In this document: positions 13,096 through 25,742 of the stretch, in pieces | Layout of the letters: each line of letters starts with the position of its first letter | Numbering within the stretch: the first letter of the stretch is position 1 | Assembly (NCBI GenBank): GCA_002269645.1 | Contig: NIVC01002994.1 | Span: 1-38,439, forward strand | Source: Macrostomum lignano | Taxonomy: Eukaryota | Direction of reading: 5' to 3' | Length of the DNA stretch: 38,439 nt | The notes under the pieces: model-generated | What the model saw: the letters and a program-made list of their open reading frames with translations, nothing else | Told to the model about the DNA's origin: nothing | The model's database searches: none | Made by a program: the position numbers and the translations under genes

Positions 13096-13801
13096 GTAAC
13101 CAACTCTGCTTAACTTGCAGGATCTGACGGTAGAAGCCCTGATCAATTGTGGTATCTACTTTCTCGTGTCTAGCACAAAGCCTTGCAATTCACTTGTTTA
13201 CTAAAATATTGAATTAAGAACAATTTCTCATGCCAGAGCAGTTTCTGTTTGGTTCAACAGTAGAAACCACAAGATCGAGTATAAACTGTTTGTGGGGTTG
13301 ACTACTCTTCTATCGCTACTAACAGTAGGCCAGTAGTGATTGAGGAACTCGTAAGGAAATTCATTGAAAAAATGATTTCATTTATACTTAGGCATGCCTT
13401 CTTTGGCTTGCATTTAGGGGACGCTGGCAAAGAATAAGTCAAACATTTGGGTTTTTGTGCACCTGATTCCGTCTGCCAGTATCAATACTGCTTTCATTGT
13501 CTTGGCTGATGCGAGGCTTGCATGTTAATTAAAAAGAGTTACAGGTATTCAGTTTCGCAACTTTCGCAATACTAATGATCGACTAGGCATAATGGCAGTC
13601 AAACATAAATCATTTACTATCTTGGACTCGCTAACCGAATCGAAATTTTCTTGGCACGCGCCTGAACGCTGCGTTTCCGGTTTTCAGGCAACTTTGAGGT
13701 GATGTCTCTGATGCGATCACCATCATGGTATATATTGGAGCAACGCGTGTCCAAATTTACAATTATTCTTTACACTGACTGTGGCGAGTCCCTTACAAGC
13801 A

Positions 13802-14524
13802 ATGGACTTAGGCGCTTCTATCCTTCTGTTTCTGCTTCTGTGCTCCGCGCATGCTCAGTCGCTGTGTCCGAGTCCATTTGCCAACTCGTCCGGTCCATGT
13901 CTGCTTGAGAACACCGAACAAAGCTACTCCTGGTGCGAGGCCAACTCAGAGTGCGCAGCGCTCGGAGGCGAGCTGGCGAATGCTTACAACACCATTAGGA
14001 ATCGAAGTTCCCACCACGACTTGTGGATCGGCGTCTCTGACCATGCCGAGGAGCGCGGCACCAACCGATCGGGCTGGGGGCTTATTAATGATAATGGCAT
14101 TCTTATAACAAGTGATTCACTTTGGGACTATTCAGAGCCAGACAGACCTGTGGATGACTGCTTGAGGATAAAACCGAACACTTACAACGGAACTTTGGCT
14201 AATAGGCGATGCTCAAAAATTTATGGCTACCTGTGCGAGTTCCGGCCGGCGACTCGACCTGCCGCAAAGCTGCAGCCGGCCGCCTGGAGGCGAGTGGAGT
14301 TCAAGCGGACCAGCTACAACCCGAGCACCGAGTACTGCTACAAAGATCTGACTGGGATGCCGAGCTCTGTGAGCTGCGTAGCGGCGGCTGGCCGAGACAA
14401 AAACTGCAGACGCGCGCTGTACAACAGGAGGTCGAAGCTGTGCCGCCTGCTGCTGTTCACCGACGCTCAGGTCGAGTCGGAGATCGAGAACGGCGAGGAC
14501 TGGGCGAAGTACAGCGTGACGTGA
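13802..14524 (+). CDS. Secreted C-type lectin-domain protein with C-terminal PAN/apple-like module (240 aa, intronless)
   Basis: Signal-peptide-like MDLGASILLFLLLCSAHA. CTLD hallmarks: C...SWCEANSECAALGGELA, LWIG, W..SEPD, C...RCS..YGYLCEF. A second Cys cluster (CYKD...SC....C..ALYN...KLCRL) resembles PAN. The ATG at 13802 is preferred over the GTG at 13781. Confidence 0.85.
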   Translation: MDLGASILLFLLLCSAHAQSLCPSPFANSSGPCLLENTEQSYSWCEANSECAALGGELANAYNTIRNRSSHHDLWIGVSDHAEERGTNRSGWGLINDNGILITSDSLWDYSEPDRPVDDCLRIKPNTYNGTLANRRCSKIYGYLCEFRPATRPAAKLQPAAWRRVEFKRTSYNPSTEYCYKDLTGMPSSVSCVAAAGRDKNCRRALYNRRSKLCRLLLFTDAQVESEIENGEDWAKYSVT

Positions 14525-14680
14525 GCGAGGACTGGGCGGAGTTCAGCGTGACGTGAGCGAGGACTGGGCGGAGTTCAGAGTGACGTGAGCGAGGACTGGG
14601 CGGAGTTCAGCATGACGTGAGCGAGGACTGGGCGGAGTTCAGCGTGACGTGAGCGAGGACTGGGCGGAGTTCAGCGTGAT
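14493..14680 (+). repeat. 32-bp tandem repeat built from the last codons and stop of the lectin gene
   Basis: GCGAGGACTGGGCG(A/G)AGT(A/T)CAGCGTGACGTGA starts at 14493, 14525, 14557, 14589, 14621 and 14653. Confidence 0.95.
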
Positions 14681-15277
14681 GTTACAGATGACTTGAATCT
14701 TGGAAATTTAGCAAGTTATGAACATTGTTTCAGCTTAAACTCGATATTTTCAACTCTGGGTTTAACCATTGAAAATAAAATATACATGAGAACCGAATCA
14801 ACATGGCAGGCAATTACTATATTTGGCTCTAACTTGTCTTATTATCTTCAAACAGATGTCATTCTCAGAATTAAAGTCAGTTGAAAGATGGAAAATCAAC
14901 TATAGGCTCGTATGAAAGTTCAAGCATTCTGCTTTGTATCCGTGCTACCTGCATTCCTGAACCTGTCCATCGAAACTTGAGAAATTTCTTTGAAGTTTAT
15001 AACTTATAAATAATTTATGAAAGGTACTGGAGCTTTTGGGCTGATAAAAGATCGATAGCATACAGGTACATGCATGGTTCAACTGGTGAGAGAACAGGCC
15101 ATGAGGCTCAATTTTTAATTTACAGCAAGTGTCGGTAAACTCCGGCCCAAGGGCTACATGAAGCTCACGAAGCCTCTCTATCCAGCCCTCGTGTCCTTTG
15201 AAAATTCACTATAGTAATCCGGCCTGATCATTATATTGAAGTTTGTCTCTTCTCAGCTCTCTTCTCTCGAAAAAATC

Positions 15278-15470
15278 CCTTCTCTCCCTTCTCTCCTCTT
15301 CTCTCCCTTCTCCCCTCTTCTCTCCCTTCTCCCCTCTTCTCTCCCTTCTCCCCTCTTCTCTCCCTTCTCCCCTCTTCTCTCCCTTCTCCCCTCTTCTCTC
15401 CCTTCTCCCCTCTTCTCTCCCTTCTCCCCTCTTCTCTCCCTTCTTCCCTCTTCTCTCCCTTCTCTCCTCT
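15278..15470. repeat. Polypyrimidine repeat (CTCTCCCTTCTCCCCTCTT)n
   Basis: Direct reading; source of the E/R/G- and S/L/P-rich ORFs. Confidence 0.93.
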
Positions 15471-15608
15471 TCTTTTTTGTTTCTCCTCTGTTCTCCTTTA
15501 CTCTTCTTTCTGTTCTCTGTTCTATATTCCCTCTGATCAAAGTTTTCCAATCCCTGATTTACAGCAACAGAAAGCTCGTCACTACTAGCGTGTATTGGAA
15601 TTTCTCAT

Positions 15609-18600
15609 TCAGGCTGTTTTGGTCCTCGAACGCTTCGTCCGCCTTTTTCCCGTTGATCTTCTCGACCGGCCACCCGCACCGGCCGACTTCGCGGTGGCCG
15701 GTTTGGCCGACTTAGCCGTCCGTCCTGACGGCACCGGGGCCGTCTCCGGCCGGGTGGCAACGCCGGCTCGTGTCGAAGTGGATGCCTCCGGAGCAGCAAC
15801 TGGCGACGGAAAGAACTCGACCCGGCGGCCCTGGCAGTAGCGCTGGTTGCAAACCCGGCAGATGTTCGGCTCCAACATTTTGCCCACAAAGTCGCCCAGC
15901 AAGCATTCGCGGCAGTAGCGCGTGCCGCACCATTTGCACATGTACGTCTGCGAGAGAGGAGGCGGGGAGACACTGCGACCCCGAATTTCTCATTGACAGG
16001 CACAATTTGTGCTTCTGGGTTTGGCCTCTGAATCTAACCCAGGGACTTAAAAGATTTCCTGCTTTATATTGTTGCTTATTTTATGTCTTAAAAGAGTTAT
16101 TGACTGAATATGCAGTTCAGATTAACAAAGTATGTGTTGAGCATCACGTTTGATTACTTGATGGCACATCTATTAAGACTATATAGGAAACAACAATAGA
16201 ATTGCCCCTTGGCAACCTCAGAATCGCCCTTGGCAACCTCAGAATCGCCCCTTTTAGCAACCTCAGAATCGCCCCTTGGCAACCTCAGAATCGCCCCTTT
16301 TAGCAACCTCAGAATCGCCCCTTGGCTACCTCAGAATCGCCCCTTTTAGCAACCTCAGAATCGCCCCTTGGCAACCTCAGAAACGCCCCTTTTAGCAACC
16401 TCAGAATCGCTCCTTTTAGCAACCTCAGAATCGCCCCTTGGCAACCTCAGAATCGCCCCTTTTAGCAACCTCAGAATCGCCCCTTTTAGCAACCTCAGAA
16501 TCGCCCCTTGGCAACCTCAGAATCGCCCCTTTTAGCAACCTCAGAATCGCCCCATGGCAACCTCAGAATCGCCCCTTTTAGCAACCTCAGAATCGCCCCT
16601 TGGCTACCTCAGAATCGCCCCTTGGCTACCTCAGAATCGCCCCTTTTAGCAACCTCAGAATCGCCCCTTGGCAACCTCAGAATCGCCCCTTTTAGCAACC
16701 TCAGAATCGCCCCTTGGCAACCTCAGAAACGCCCCTTTTAGCAACCTCAGAATCGCTCCTTTTAGCAACCTCAGAATCGCCCCTTGGCAACTTCAGAATC
16801 GCCCCTTTTAGCAACCTCAGAATCGCCCCTTGGCAACCTCAGAATTGCCCTTAGCAACCTCAGAATCGCCCCTTGGCTACCTCAGAATCGCCCCTTTTAG
16901 CAACCTCAGAATCGCCCCTTTTTAGCAACCTTAGAATCACTCCTTAGCAACCTCAGAATCGCCCCTTAGCAACCTCAGAATCGCCTCTTATCAACCTTAG
17001 AATCACTCCTTAGCAACCTCAGAATCGCCCCTTGGCTACCTCAGAATCGCCCCCGAGCGTCCCCAATTATCTGCAATTAAAATTGCATTTTGGAATCCAG
17101 CCTTAAAAATTTCAAGATATAGGACAATCTTTTAAAAATTAGGCTTCTCTAATTTGGTAATTATCGAGTACAATATAGTTACTTTATTCAAATCTTATCT
17201 AGTTGCAGCATATAACTATCAAGCAGGAATTTAGAAAAACTTCTATTGCTGTAAAAAGATTCAATCATCAGACGAACGTCTGCCCCACCGGCTCCCAATT
17301 TTTTTCCAAACGGGATTCTGTGAAGGCTTAAAAATATTTCCATTGCTATAAAAAAGGCTCATGAATAATTAATGAGCTCTCAAGCGCAGCTGCATCTGCG
17401 AAGCGGTCTCTGGTTTGGGGTACCCGGCCCCAGGCAGTGTTTTGTCAGCTGGCTGACAGATTGGGCCCGCAGCTTCACATAGTTGATGAAGCAAAGAAAC
17501 GCTTTCATTTTCATAGCCAAAACCTCAGATGGGTTTTTTTAAATTGCGTTATTTCACTGTTTGCGTGGCAAATCCAACATTTTGTATGATTTCATTGCAT
17601 TTGCTGTGCCAATTGGTTGTATGCTTACCATGCAGTCCAACAGCTTTGCTATACTAAAACAAAGTCCATTGTATCATTTGTTTCGCGAGATTACACAGGA
17701 CTTTGGTAAGGTGTTACCTGTACATGTACATACACTGGATCATGATAAGATGTGGCCAGTACATACATTGAATCATGGTAAAGGTGTATCTGTACATACG
17801 TACGTGGAAGCATGGTAAAGTTGTACCTGTACATACATGGAATCATGGTAAATGTGTACCTGTACATACATGGAATCATGGTAAATGTGTACCTGTACAT
17901 ACATGGAATCATGGTAAATGTGTACCTGTACATACATGGAATCATGGTAATGTGTACCTGTACATACATGGAATCATGGTAATGTGTACCTGTACATACA
18001 TGGAATCATGGTAAGTTGTACCTGTACATATCTGAGATACATGGGATCATGGTAAGGTATCTGTGCATACAACTGACTGTCTGGGTGTGAGGCACACGAA
18101 TCCCAGGTTCAGGGCGCAATTATCGGTCGGATTGCAATGCCATGCAGTTTGTCATTGTCCCCGACTTTTAATATGAGAACTTGATCATTTTAGCCCCCGC
18201 TAAGTTTCTCTCTCTGCATCCGTATTCCTGCTAACTAGGACTCGCCTATGCGTTCAGGCTTAATTCACCTGTTGACTAGAGGCAAACACGAGATTAAGTG
18301 AGGAACTGTGTACATGCGCGCACCTATATTGTAGGCACATGTAATGCTGCACTAGCTATGCAAGCAATTTCCCTTGGCACACAAAAGCACAATCAAGCGG
18401 ATATACTGCTGTACTTGCTGACTTGCTTGTCACTGAGGGAAGTTACGGGCAAGCGAGTGAGTAAAACAGCACAACTTTTCCGATTTCACTGGTCTCAGTG
18501 TCTATATATTTCTGTTTTCGATGTATAGCTTCGTACTAAAGGCAGAAATTAGCAATTAAAGCCAACAGAAACTGCAACAGAATTATTCTCACCGAATCAA

Positions 18601-18625
18601 AGATTGCGCAGCCCCAGCGGCACAT
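15609..18625 (-). CDS. Small Cys-rich (putative zinc-binding) protein with basic tail; exons 18625-18593 (tentative) and 15947-15609
   Basis: The exon after a clean TCTCTCGCAG acceptor encodes TYMCKWCGTRYCRECLLGDFVGKMLEPNICRVCNQRYCQGRRVEF (three CxxC) and a K/R-rich tail. A phase-0 upstream exon MCRWGCAIFDS ends in a GTGAGA donor. The last exon is well supported, the upstream exon less so, and the family is not recognised. Confidence 0.55.
16205..17053. repeat. 22/24-bp minisatellite ((GG|TTAG)CAACCTCAGAATCGCCCCTT), often as a 46-bp dimer
   Basis: Direct reading; alternating 22- and 24-bp variants. Confidence 0.95.
17705..18060. repeat. 33-bp minisatellite (TGTACCTGTACATACATGGAATCATGGTAAATG)
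   Basis: About 10 units, degenerate at the edges. Confidence 0.9.
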
Positions 18626-19855
18626 TGTTCGTCCCGGCGTCCTTAGCGTTCAGTCTCTCCGTGTGTAAATTCAGGTTGAAAACGTACGGCAAAGAAAAGG
18701 AATAAAACTCAGTAGTATATTTCGTGTTTCGATTTATACAGCTTTCATGCGTATAGTTTTACACCCTGCAGCTCCGCCTGACTGACCGACCAATCAGATT
18801 TTACCACAGGAGCTCTATGTGTATACCTGCATGTGTAATCTGGCTGAAATTAAATTAAATTTGTATGAGAAAATGAATGCTTGTATTCAATGCATTTTCG
18901 AGTAATTTCTGTCTTTCAAGTGCGCTGCGTGTACCTTTATTTCAAATTGACACGAAGATATCGAAGTTGCTTGCATGTTTAAGATCCTGCATGCTGATAC
19001 TCGTAACTAAGAGTATAAATTTACATGCACAGATATTGTTTAGCTGTTAATTCGAAAGAATTGTCTTCTATGGCGTATTTTACCGAAGTTTTGATCGATG
19101 GAACGAAGTGACTTGATCTCTTTTTGCGCATGCTTTTAATCTGCTTCCTCGTGGTGGCTGCGGGCGTCGCCATGAATTTTATGGTGGGGGACAAAGCCAA
19201 AAATTCTACATGTACATCCTGATGAGGACGCACTTTTTCTAAATTTCACGCTCGCACATGGGTTCCAAACTTGCTAGCCTACTAACAGCAGGCTATGGGC
19301 GTTTTTCTTCCTCTTTTGTAATTTTTCTAGAATTCAACTAGTAGGACTTCTGTAGCTATATTAATATGCCATACTTGTAGTTATAATAACATAGGCGCGG
19401 TTTTTTGCTGCTTTTGGGTCATAAATCATTGCGTCTGAGCTGGTCTGACAGCCACCTGCGCCTCACTCAGTGCTGGGGCTGGCACCAGATGGTCTGAGAG
19501 GATGCGAATGATAGCTTTTTTCTCATCATTTTGACAGGCCATCAAGATTTATGAGGTCAGGGCCTATTGTTCGTGTTCACTCAAGCGTGTGACAGCTTTG
19601 ACAGCTATGCGTTTTACCCCTAAAAGTACGTACGTTGGGATTAACAATTAGCGATTTCTCTTTATTTACCTTCACTTTCTACTTAATAAGAGCTTTCTGA
19701 TGTATATTTTTTCAATAATTTTTGTCAATTCTACGCGAAAAGTCATAAATCATTTTGTTGCGATTTTGATTGATTTATGGCCGCACCTGTCATATTTTTA
19801 CGACCCCGAGGGAACTGATAGGATCTCCCGGTCAGGTGACTTTGGGTGGCAACAA

Positions 19856-19965
19856 GCTCAGCCAATCAGAAAATTCGACGCTCATTTTAACAAATCGGCT
19901 CAGCCAATCAGAATCGACGTGTTCCATTATAACAAACTGCGGTCCAGTTGGCGGCTATTTAAACC
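19856..19965 (+). promoter_or_regulatory. Possible Pol II promoter: two CCAAT boxes and a TATA-like box
   Basis: The 16-bp direct repeat GCTCAGCCAATCAGAA occurs at 19856 and 19898, followed by TATTTAAA at ~19956, between two divergently oriented genes. It could equally be transposon sequence. Confidence 0.3.
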
Positions 19966-20092
19966 GGTGTTTTTGGCCCGTTTGGACTAATCCTTTCTGG
20001 AGACCGGCCAAGAACTTGCTCTCTCCCTGGCCCGACCGTCGTTTCTTGATCCCCGGATTGCGACTCCCCCCATCATTCCGCCGCTCCCCCCC

Positions 20093-20335
20093 TCATTTTA
20101 GCGCTGCAGGCACTCATTTTAGCGCTGCAGGCACTCATTTTAGCGCTGCAGGCACTCATTTTAGCTCTGCAGGCACTCATTTTAGCGCTGCAGGCACTCA
20201 TTTTAGCGCCGCAGGCACTCATTTTATCGCCGCAAACATTTATTTTGGCAGTCATTCATTTTAGCGCCGAAAGCATTCATTTTGGCGCCACAGGCACTCA
20301 CTTTAGCGTCGCAGGCACTCATTTGATCGCCACAG
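20093..20335. repeat. 21-bp minisatellite (GCGCTGCAGGCACTCATTTTA)
   Basis: About 11 units; the same family recurs at 30660-30780. Confidence 0.9.
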
Positions 20336-21525
20336 GCCCTATGTATTGTCGGCCTAAGGCAAAATTCTTGATTTCCATAACGGGTCACAATTTTGGTGGC
20401 GTGGTAAATCAGGCCCGTGTAAAGGGCCGCATCGCACTAATGAACCTATTCAAAAACTTCAGAACTTTTTAATTCTCATGTCCATTGATTTGATGTATTA
20501 GTGTTTTCGAAGATTTGGAGTTTCTTCAGTGGCTTATTGATTTTTAATAACTGCAGCCACACAACTACATGATTTTTTTAAATGAAGAAAGCAAGTAAGA
20601 ACGGCAGTGTTAGTTGATATCTGTGTAAATTACAGTAGTTTAAGAGTTTGATGGACTCGTTTGCATCAGGAAAGAGCAGTTGAGTTATATACATGTACAG
20701 TATATGTACCACAGCTTGTAGCGGATCAAGTCGCGTCTTATTTTTTTCTACTTTATTTCTTCTTAAGGTTCACTTCTCGCATATATAAACTAACGCAAAG
20801 AGGCATGGGGGCATAAACAAAGAAGTTATCGCAAAAGTAAAAGTACACTACAGTACCGATTTTTCTATACCAAGCGGAAAACAAAGGAACAATCTCGATT
20901 CTCGATCCTATCTTTTTGCAACATCATACAAAAACTTAGCCTAGAAAATATAATTTGTAGATCTTAAAGCCTCAATTCTACTATTACGAGTCACTGAAAG
21001 GACACAACCAAGCAAGCTTGCTTAGAACTTAAAACAAAAAAGTTTTTATAGATTAATCAACATTTTAAGCATCGATTTCCAGGCCCGTTTATTTTTAGCG
21101 TATTATAACAACCTTTTTGATTCAAATTTGTGCAGTTTCGATTCAAGTATTAGATTATACCATCAATACATTAAAAAAACAGCAGACTGACACATGTCTA
21201 AAAAAAGCCAAACTAAAATCAAACAGCTTAAAACGGTAACAATTCAACTGAATTACTGAGTAGTTCTTGGAATTCTGGAATTTGGACTGGACTGGAACTG
21301 GAAGGCCTGCGCTGAAGCCAGTGGAGAAGTCATACTAATACTGTACTGTCAACTGTCATACATTTTGCTCATCAGTTGTTTTATTAAAACCGGTTACCTA
21401 ACTTAGCTAGCCCTCATTGTATTATTAAATTGGTCGTCTTGTGCACACTCGTCCTCGTTATTTTGCAAAGGTTATTCTGAAAACAAAGCGGGGTCTGCAG
21501 CCGTCTGCTCTGCTGGTCTGTCTAA

Positions 21526-24500
21526 ATGGCTACTGCACACATGCAATCAAGTGCTGTTAGAGCACTGCAGCAAGAACTTAAGAGTTTAAATGAGGAGCCA
21601 GTCGAAGGATTCAAGGTTAAATTAAAAAATGATGAAAATATTTTTGAGTGGAATGTTGTAATCTTTGGTCCTCCTGGAACACTATACCAAGGTGGATATT
21701 TCAAGGTATGTTATGTTGGCAGCTGGCTATAAAACTTAAAAACTATTTAGAAAATCATGTCAATACTCTTTTCTGCTCACATTAGTTATGTTTCATATTT
21801 TGTAATACCTGTTTCTTTCCTGTCTTAGTATCATAAATGTGTTATGTTTTATTTATTATTTAGTTAGCTTATTTAATTTAATGCTTTTTACTTTATAATA
21901 ACTTAATTAATAAGTGGCATTGTTGTATGTAGAATAAAAAGTTATACAATAATATTATAAAAATTATATAATATATACTTTGTAACGTTGTTTTATTTAT
22001 TATTAGGCCCTAGAGGCTTATATCTAGTGGATTTTAGGTTAAGTTTCAAATTTGATTCTATTATAAAGGTTACTACTAAGTATGGAATCTTTGCATGGCA
22101 ATTTTGTGGAATTTTTGGAACAAAAAGTTGTATGCAAAATTTTTATCCAATTTTTTACTCTAAGCCATGCCATAGTCTAGATCATGCTAAATGCATGCCC
22201 AAACAAAATTAAAAATTAAATTATTACAAATGCACTCTAACAAAATTGAAAGCATGCTTATTCTCCAAACTATGCTAGTATTATTAGAAATTATCTTTTT
22301 TATAATGTGACAATAAAAGACTTTTTAAATTGCATAGTAAGCATTTTTTGGCAAATAATTTGGGTAATTTGTTGCTTTTTTGGGTGATACTATTTATAGC
22401 AGAAAATTGATATATGCAAAGATTTGTTTAATTGCTTTATTACATACTAAAAAAACTGGAAAGCTTGAAATTAAAGCTTAAAATAAACTTTTTTCATCTT
22501 TTTTCTATTCTATAATAACTTTTCTATGATTCTATAAAGTGCATACCAGGTGTGCATGAACGATTTTCTTAGGAGTGATGTACACCAACTGTATATGCCT
22601 ACTTTTGGCATGCAAGGCCAATGCATATCTAAATTTTTGGGTATATAGTACATGATCCAAAATGTAGAAACCATGTAAGATTTTTGGCATTTGAATTTTA
22701 TAAGCAACTTTTTTACTTAGGATATTTTATACAAAGTTTAAATAAATACCTAAAAAGTAATTTTATAATTCTCTTTTAATGTTATTATAATTCTTAGTGG
22801 CTTTTCTTTTAAATGCAATAACTTTGTTTTATTGTAACAGATAAAATATTCAACATTATCAAATGAAATCCCAAGTTTTTTGAACAAATCAAAGCTGCGC
22901 ATGTAGACCTTTTAGAGTTGTGCAAGTTGGGATTACAAGTATGTGTAAGATGGTTTGCTTGGTTGATTGCATGTGCGCACATTTACTAGCTCTTATGTAC
23001 ATTTGCTTGCTATACAATGATAATATATAAGTGAATGCCTTGGCGCCCTGGGCAGCCAAGAGTTGGTCTACGCCTTAAGCCAATTTCTCGTTTTCGCTTG
23101 TTCTTACATATGCATAAGTGTGAGAGTTTTTGTTAGTGTGCATAGAATATGTATAGGATTTTGTACAAAAATTTTATCCTAAGAGGCTATTATCTTAAGT
23201 GTGGCCAATTATTATATTAGAGCTAATTTCAAAATTGCAAATACCATTTTGTCAACACTAATATGCAAAGTTTCAGTGAGAAAATTTATTAGTATACCAA
23301 GTTATTAGAGTATATATACATGGTATACATGTATATATGCATTTTGTCTGTTACCTTCAAAGTATTTTTAATAGGCCTATATATTTAGAGAGAGCTATGT
23401 CTGCATCAGCTTTGACTTTGTTGGTCATTGGCCTTCACCCAGATGGAGCTTCTGTACCTTCAATAGGTTGCACCAGGTGCAACTATGGCAAATAGAATAT
23501 TTTTTGCTAATGACACCTTTATATTTAAACAGGCTCTGATGGTGTTTCCGCAAGACTATCCTTACTCGCCACCATCCATATCGTTTGTCTCCAAAATGTT
23601 TCACCCGAACATTTACGATGTAAGTTGCCTGACTGGTCTGTTCCCTTCAATTCATATTGTTAGAATGTTGGAACAATACCAGACAGTAAGGATTGAATGT
23701 GGAATTTCAGGATGGCAAAGTGTGCATCTCCATCCTGCACCCACCTGGTGAGGACCCTGTGAGCGGCGAGCTGCCCTCAGAACGCTGGAATCCCACTCAG
23801 AATGTGCGCACCATTCTGCTCAGCGTCATCTCGCTGCTCAACGAGCCGAACACTTCTTCGCCAGCCAATGTGGACGCGTCAGTCATGTTCCGCAAGTGGA
23901 AGGAGAACAAGGGCGATGACTATGTCAAAATTGTCCTGTGAGACGCCCCTGCTTCACTTCTTTGGGTGGGCCTTTCAATCCGCCCACCCCCAGACTTCAG
24001 TCCGCCCACCCCCAGACTTCAGTCCGCCCACCCCCCCCCCAGTTTGGAGGACTTCAATCCGCCCTCCCACACTTCAATCCGCCCTCCCACACTTCAATCC
24101 GCCCTCCCCCAGTCTTCAATCCGCCCTCCCACACTTCAATCCGCCCTCCCCCAGACTTCAATCCGCCCTCCCCAGTCTTCAATCCGCCCTCCCACACTTC
24201 AATCCGCCCTCCCCCAGACTTCAATCCGCCCTCCCCCAGTCTTCAATCCGCCCTCCCACACTTCAATCCGCCCTCCCCCAGACTTCAATCCGCCCTCCCC
24301 AGTCTTCAATCCGCCCTCCCACACTTCAATCCGCCCTCCCCCAGACTTCAATCCGCCCTCCCCAGTCTTCAATCCGCCCCCAGTCTTCAATCCGCCCTCC
24401 TCAGTCTTCAATCCGCCCTCCCCAGTCTTCAATCCGCCCCCAGTCTTCAATCCGCCCTCCCCCAGTCTTCAATCCGCCCTCCCCAGTCTTCAATCCGCCC

Positions 24501-25121
24501 CCAGTCTTCAATCCGCCCTCCCCCAGTCTTCAATCCGCCCTCCCCAGTCTTCAATCCGCCCCCAGTCTTCAATCCGCCCTCTCCCAGTCTTCAATCCGCC
24601 CTCCCCCAGTCTTCAATCCGCCCTCTCCCAGTCTTCAATCCGCCCTCCCCCAGTCTTCAATCCGCCCTCTCCCAGTCTTCAATCCGCCCTCCCCCAGTCT
24701 TCAATCCGCCCTACCGCACGTTCAGTCCGCCCTCGGCTTCCACTTCAATCCGCCGCCAATCCGCCCCTCTGCCCCAACCAGGAAGCAGGTGGAGCTGACC
24801 CGCAAGGACGCGGACGCGGACGGCATAGTTGTGCCTGTACGAGTCGAAGATTACGTTGTGAAATCTCGGACAACTTCGACTTCCGTTGGCGGCGGCAGCG
24901 GCGGCTTCGGCGGCGGCAGCCACGCAGATCAGGACAACAACGACTCAGACGTGCCATTCGAAGTCTACGACGATCAGATCGACTACGACGATGACGACGA
25001 CGAAGATGATGAAGAAGAGGAAGACGATGAGGAGGACGGCGGTCGGGCTGACGGCCGGGCCAACGCCAGACACGCCAAGTTCGAGGACGACGAGGACAGC
25101 GGCTCCTTTCATCACGTCTGA
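21526..25121 (+). CDS. CDC34: Ubiquitin-conjugating enzyme E2 R (CDC34/UBE2R), 277 aa; exons 21526-21705, 23533-23619, 23711-23937, 24782-25121
   Basis: All introns are GT-AG with matching phases (0, 0, 2). The protein has FHPNIY, the active-site GKVCISILH, the CDC34-type acidic loop [30 protein letters not shown] and an acidic C-terminal tail. Confidence 0.95.
23975..24765. repeat. ~21-23-bp minisatellite (CTTCAATCCGCCCTCCCCAGT) filling CDC34 intron 3
   Basis: Direct reading; source of the P/S-rich ORFs 23802, 23938 and 23966. Confidence 0.95.
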
Positions 25122-25171
25122 AGTTCGCGATTGTTTTGGCTATTATATTTGTTCGGCTTTGTTTATAAATC

Positions 25172-25742
25172 TGATCCCAGATCCTCAACTCTGATCCCAG
25201 ATCCCCAATTCTGATCCCATATCCTCAATTCTTATCCCAGATCCCCATTCTGATTTCATATCCTCAATTCTTATCCCAGATCCTCATTCTGATCCCATAT
25301 CCTCAATTCCTCCCATTCTGATCCCATATCCTCAATTCTTATCCCAGATCCCCAATTCTGATCCCATATCCTCAATTCTTATCCCAGATCCCCATTCTGA
25401 TCCCATATCCTCAATTCCTCCCATTCTGATCCCATATCCTCAATTCTTATCCCAGATCCCCAATTCTGATCCCATATCCTCAATTCTTATCCCAGATCCC
25501 CATTCTGATCCCATATCCTCAATTCTTATCCCAGATCCCCAATTTTGATCCCATATCCTCAATTCCTCCCATTCTGATCCCATATCCTCAATTCTTATCC
25601 CAGATCCCCAATTCTGATCCCATATTCTCAATTCTGATCCCAGATCCCCAATTCTGATCCCATATCCTCGATTCTGATCCCAGATCCCCAATTCTGATCC
25701 CATATCCTCAATTCTTATCCCAGATCCCCATTGTGATCCCAG
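25172..25742. repeat. ~20-bp subunit minisatellite (TCTGATCCCATATCCTCAAT / TCTTATCCCAGATCCCCAAT)
   Basis: Alternating related 20-mers just downstream of the CDC34 stop. Confidence 0.92.

Noticed and set aside
19021-19233. 70-aa minus-strand ORF (MATPAATTRKQIK...) as first exon of the Cys-rich gene
   Set aside because: No recognisable homology and no phase-compatible splice path that I could support.
23802-24994. Long Pro/Ser-rich ORFs overlapping CDC34
   Set aside because: Read-through of the intron-3 minisatellite; canonical splice sites give the normal CDC34 product.
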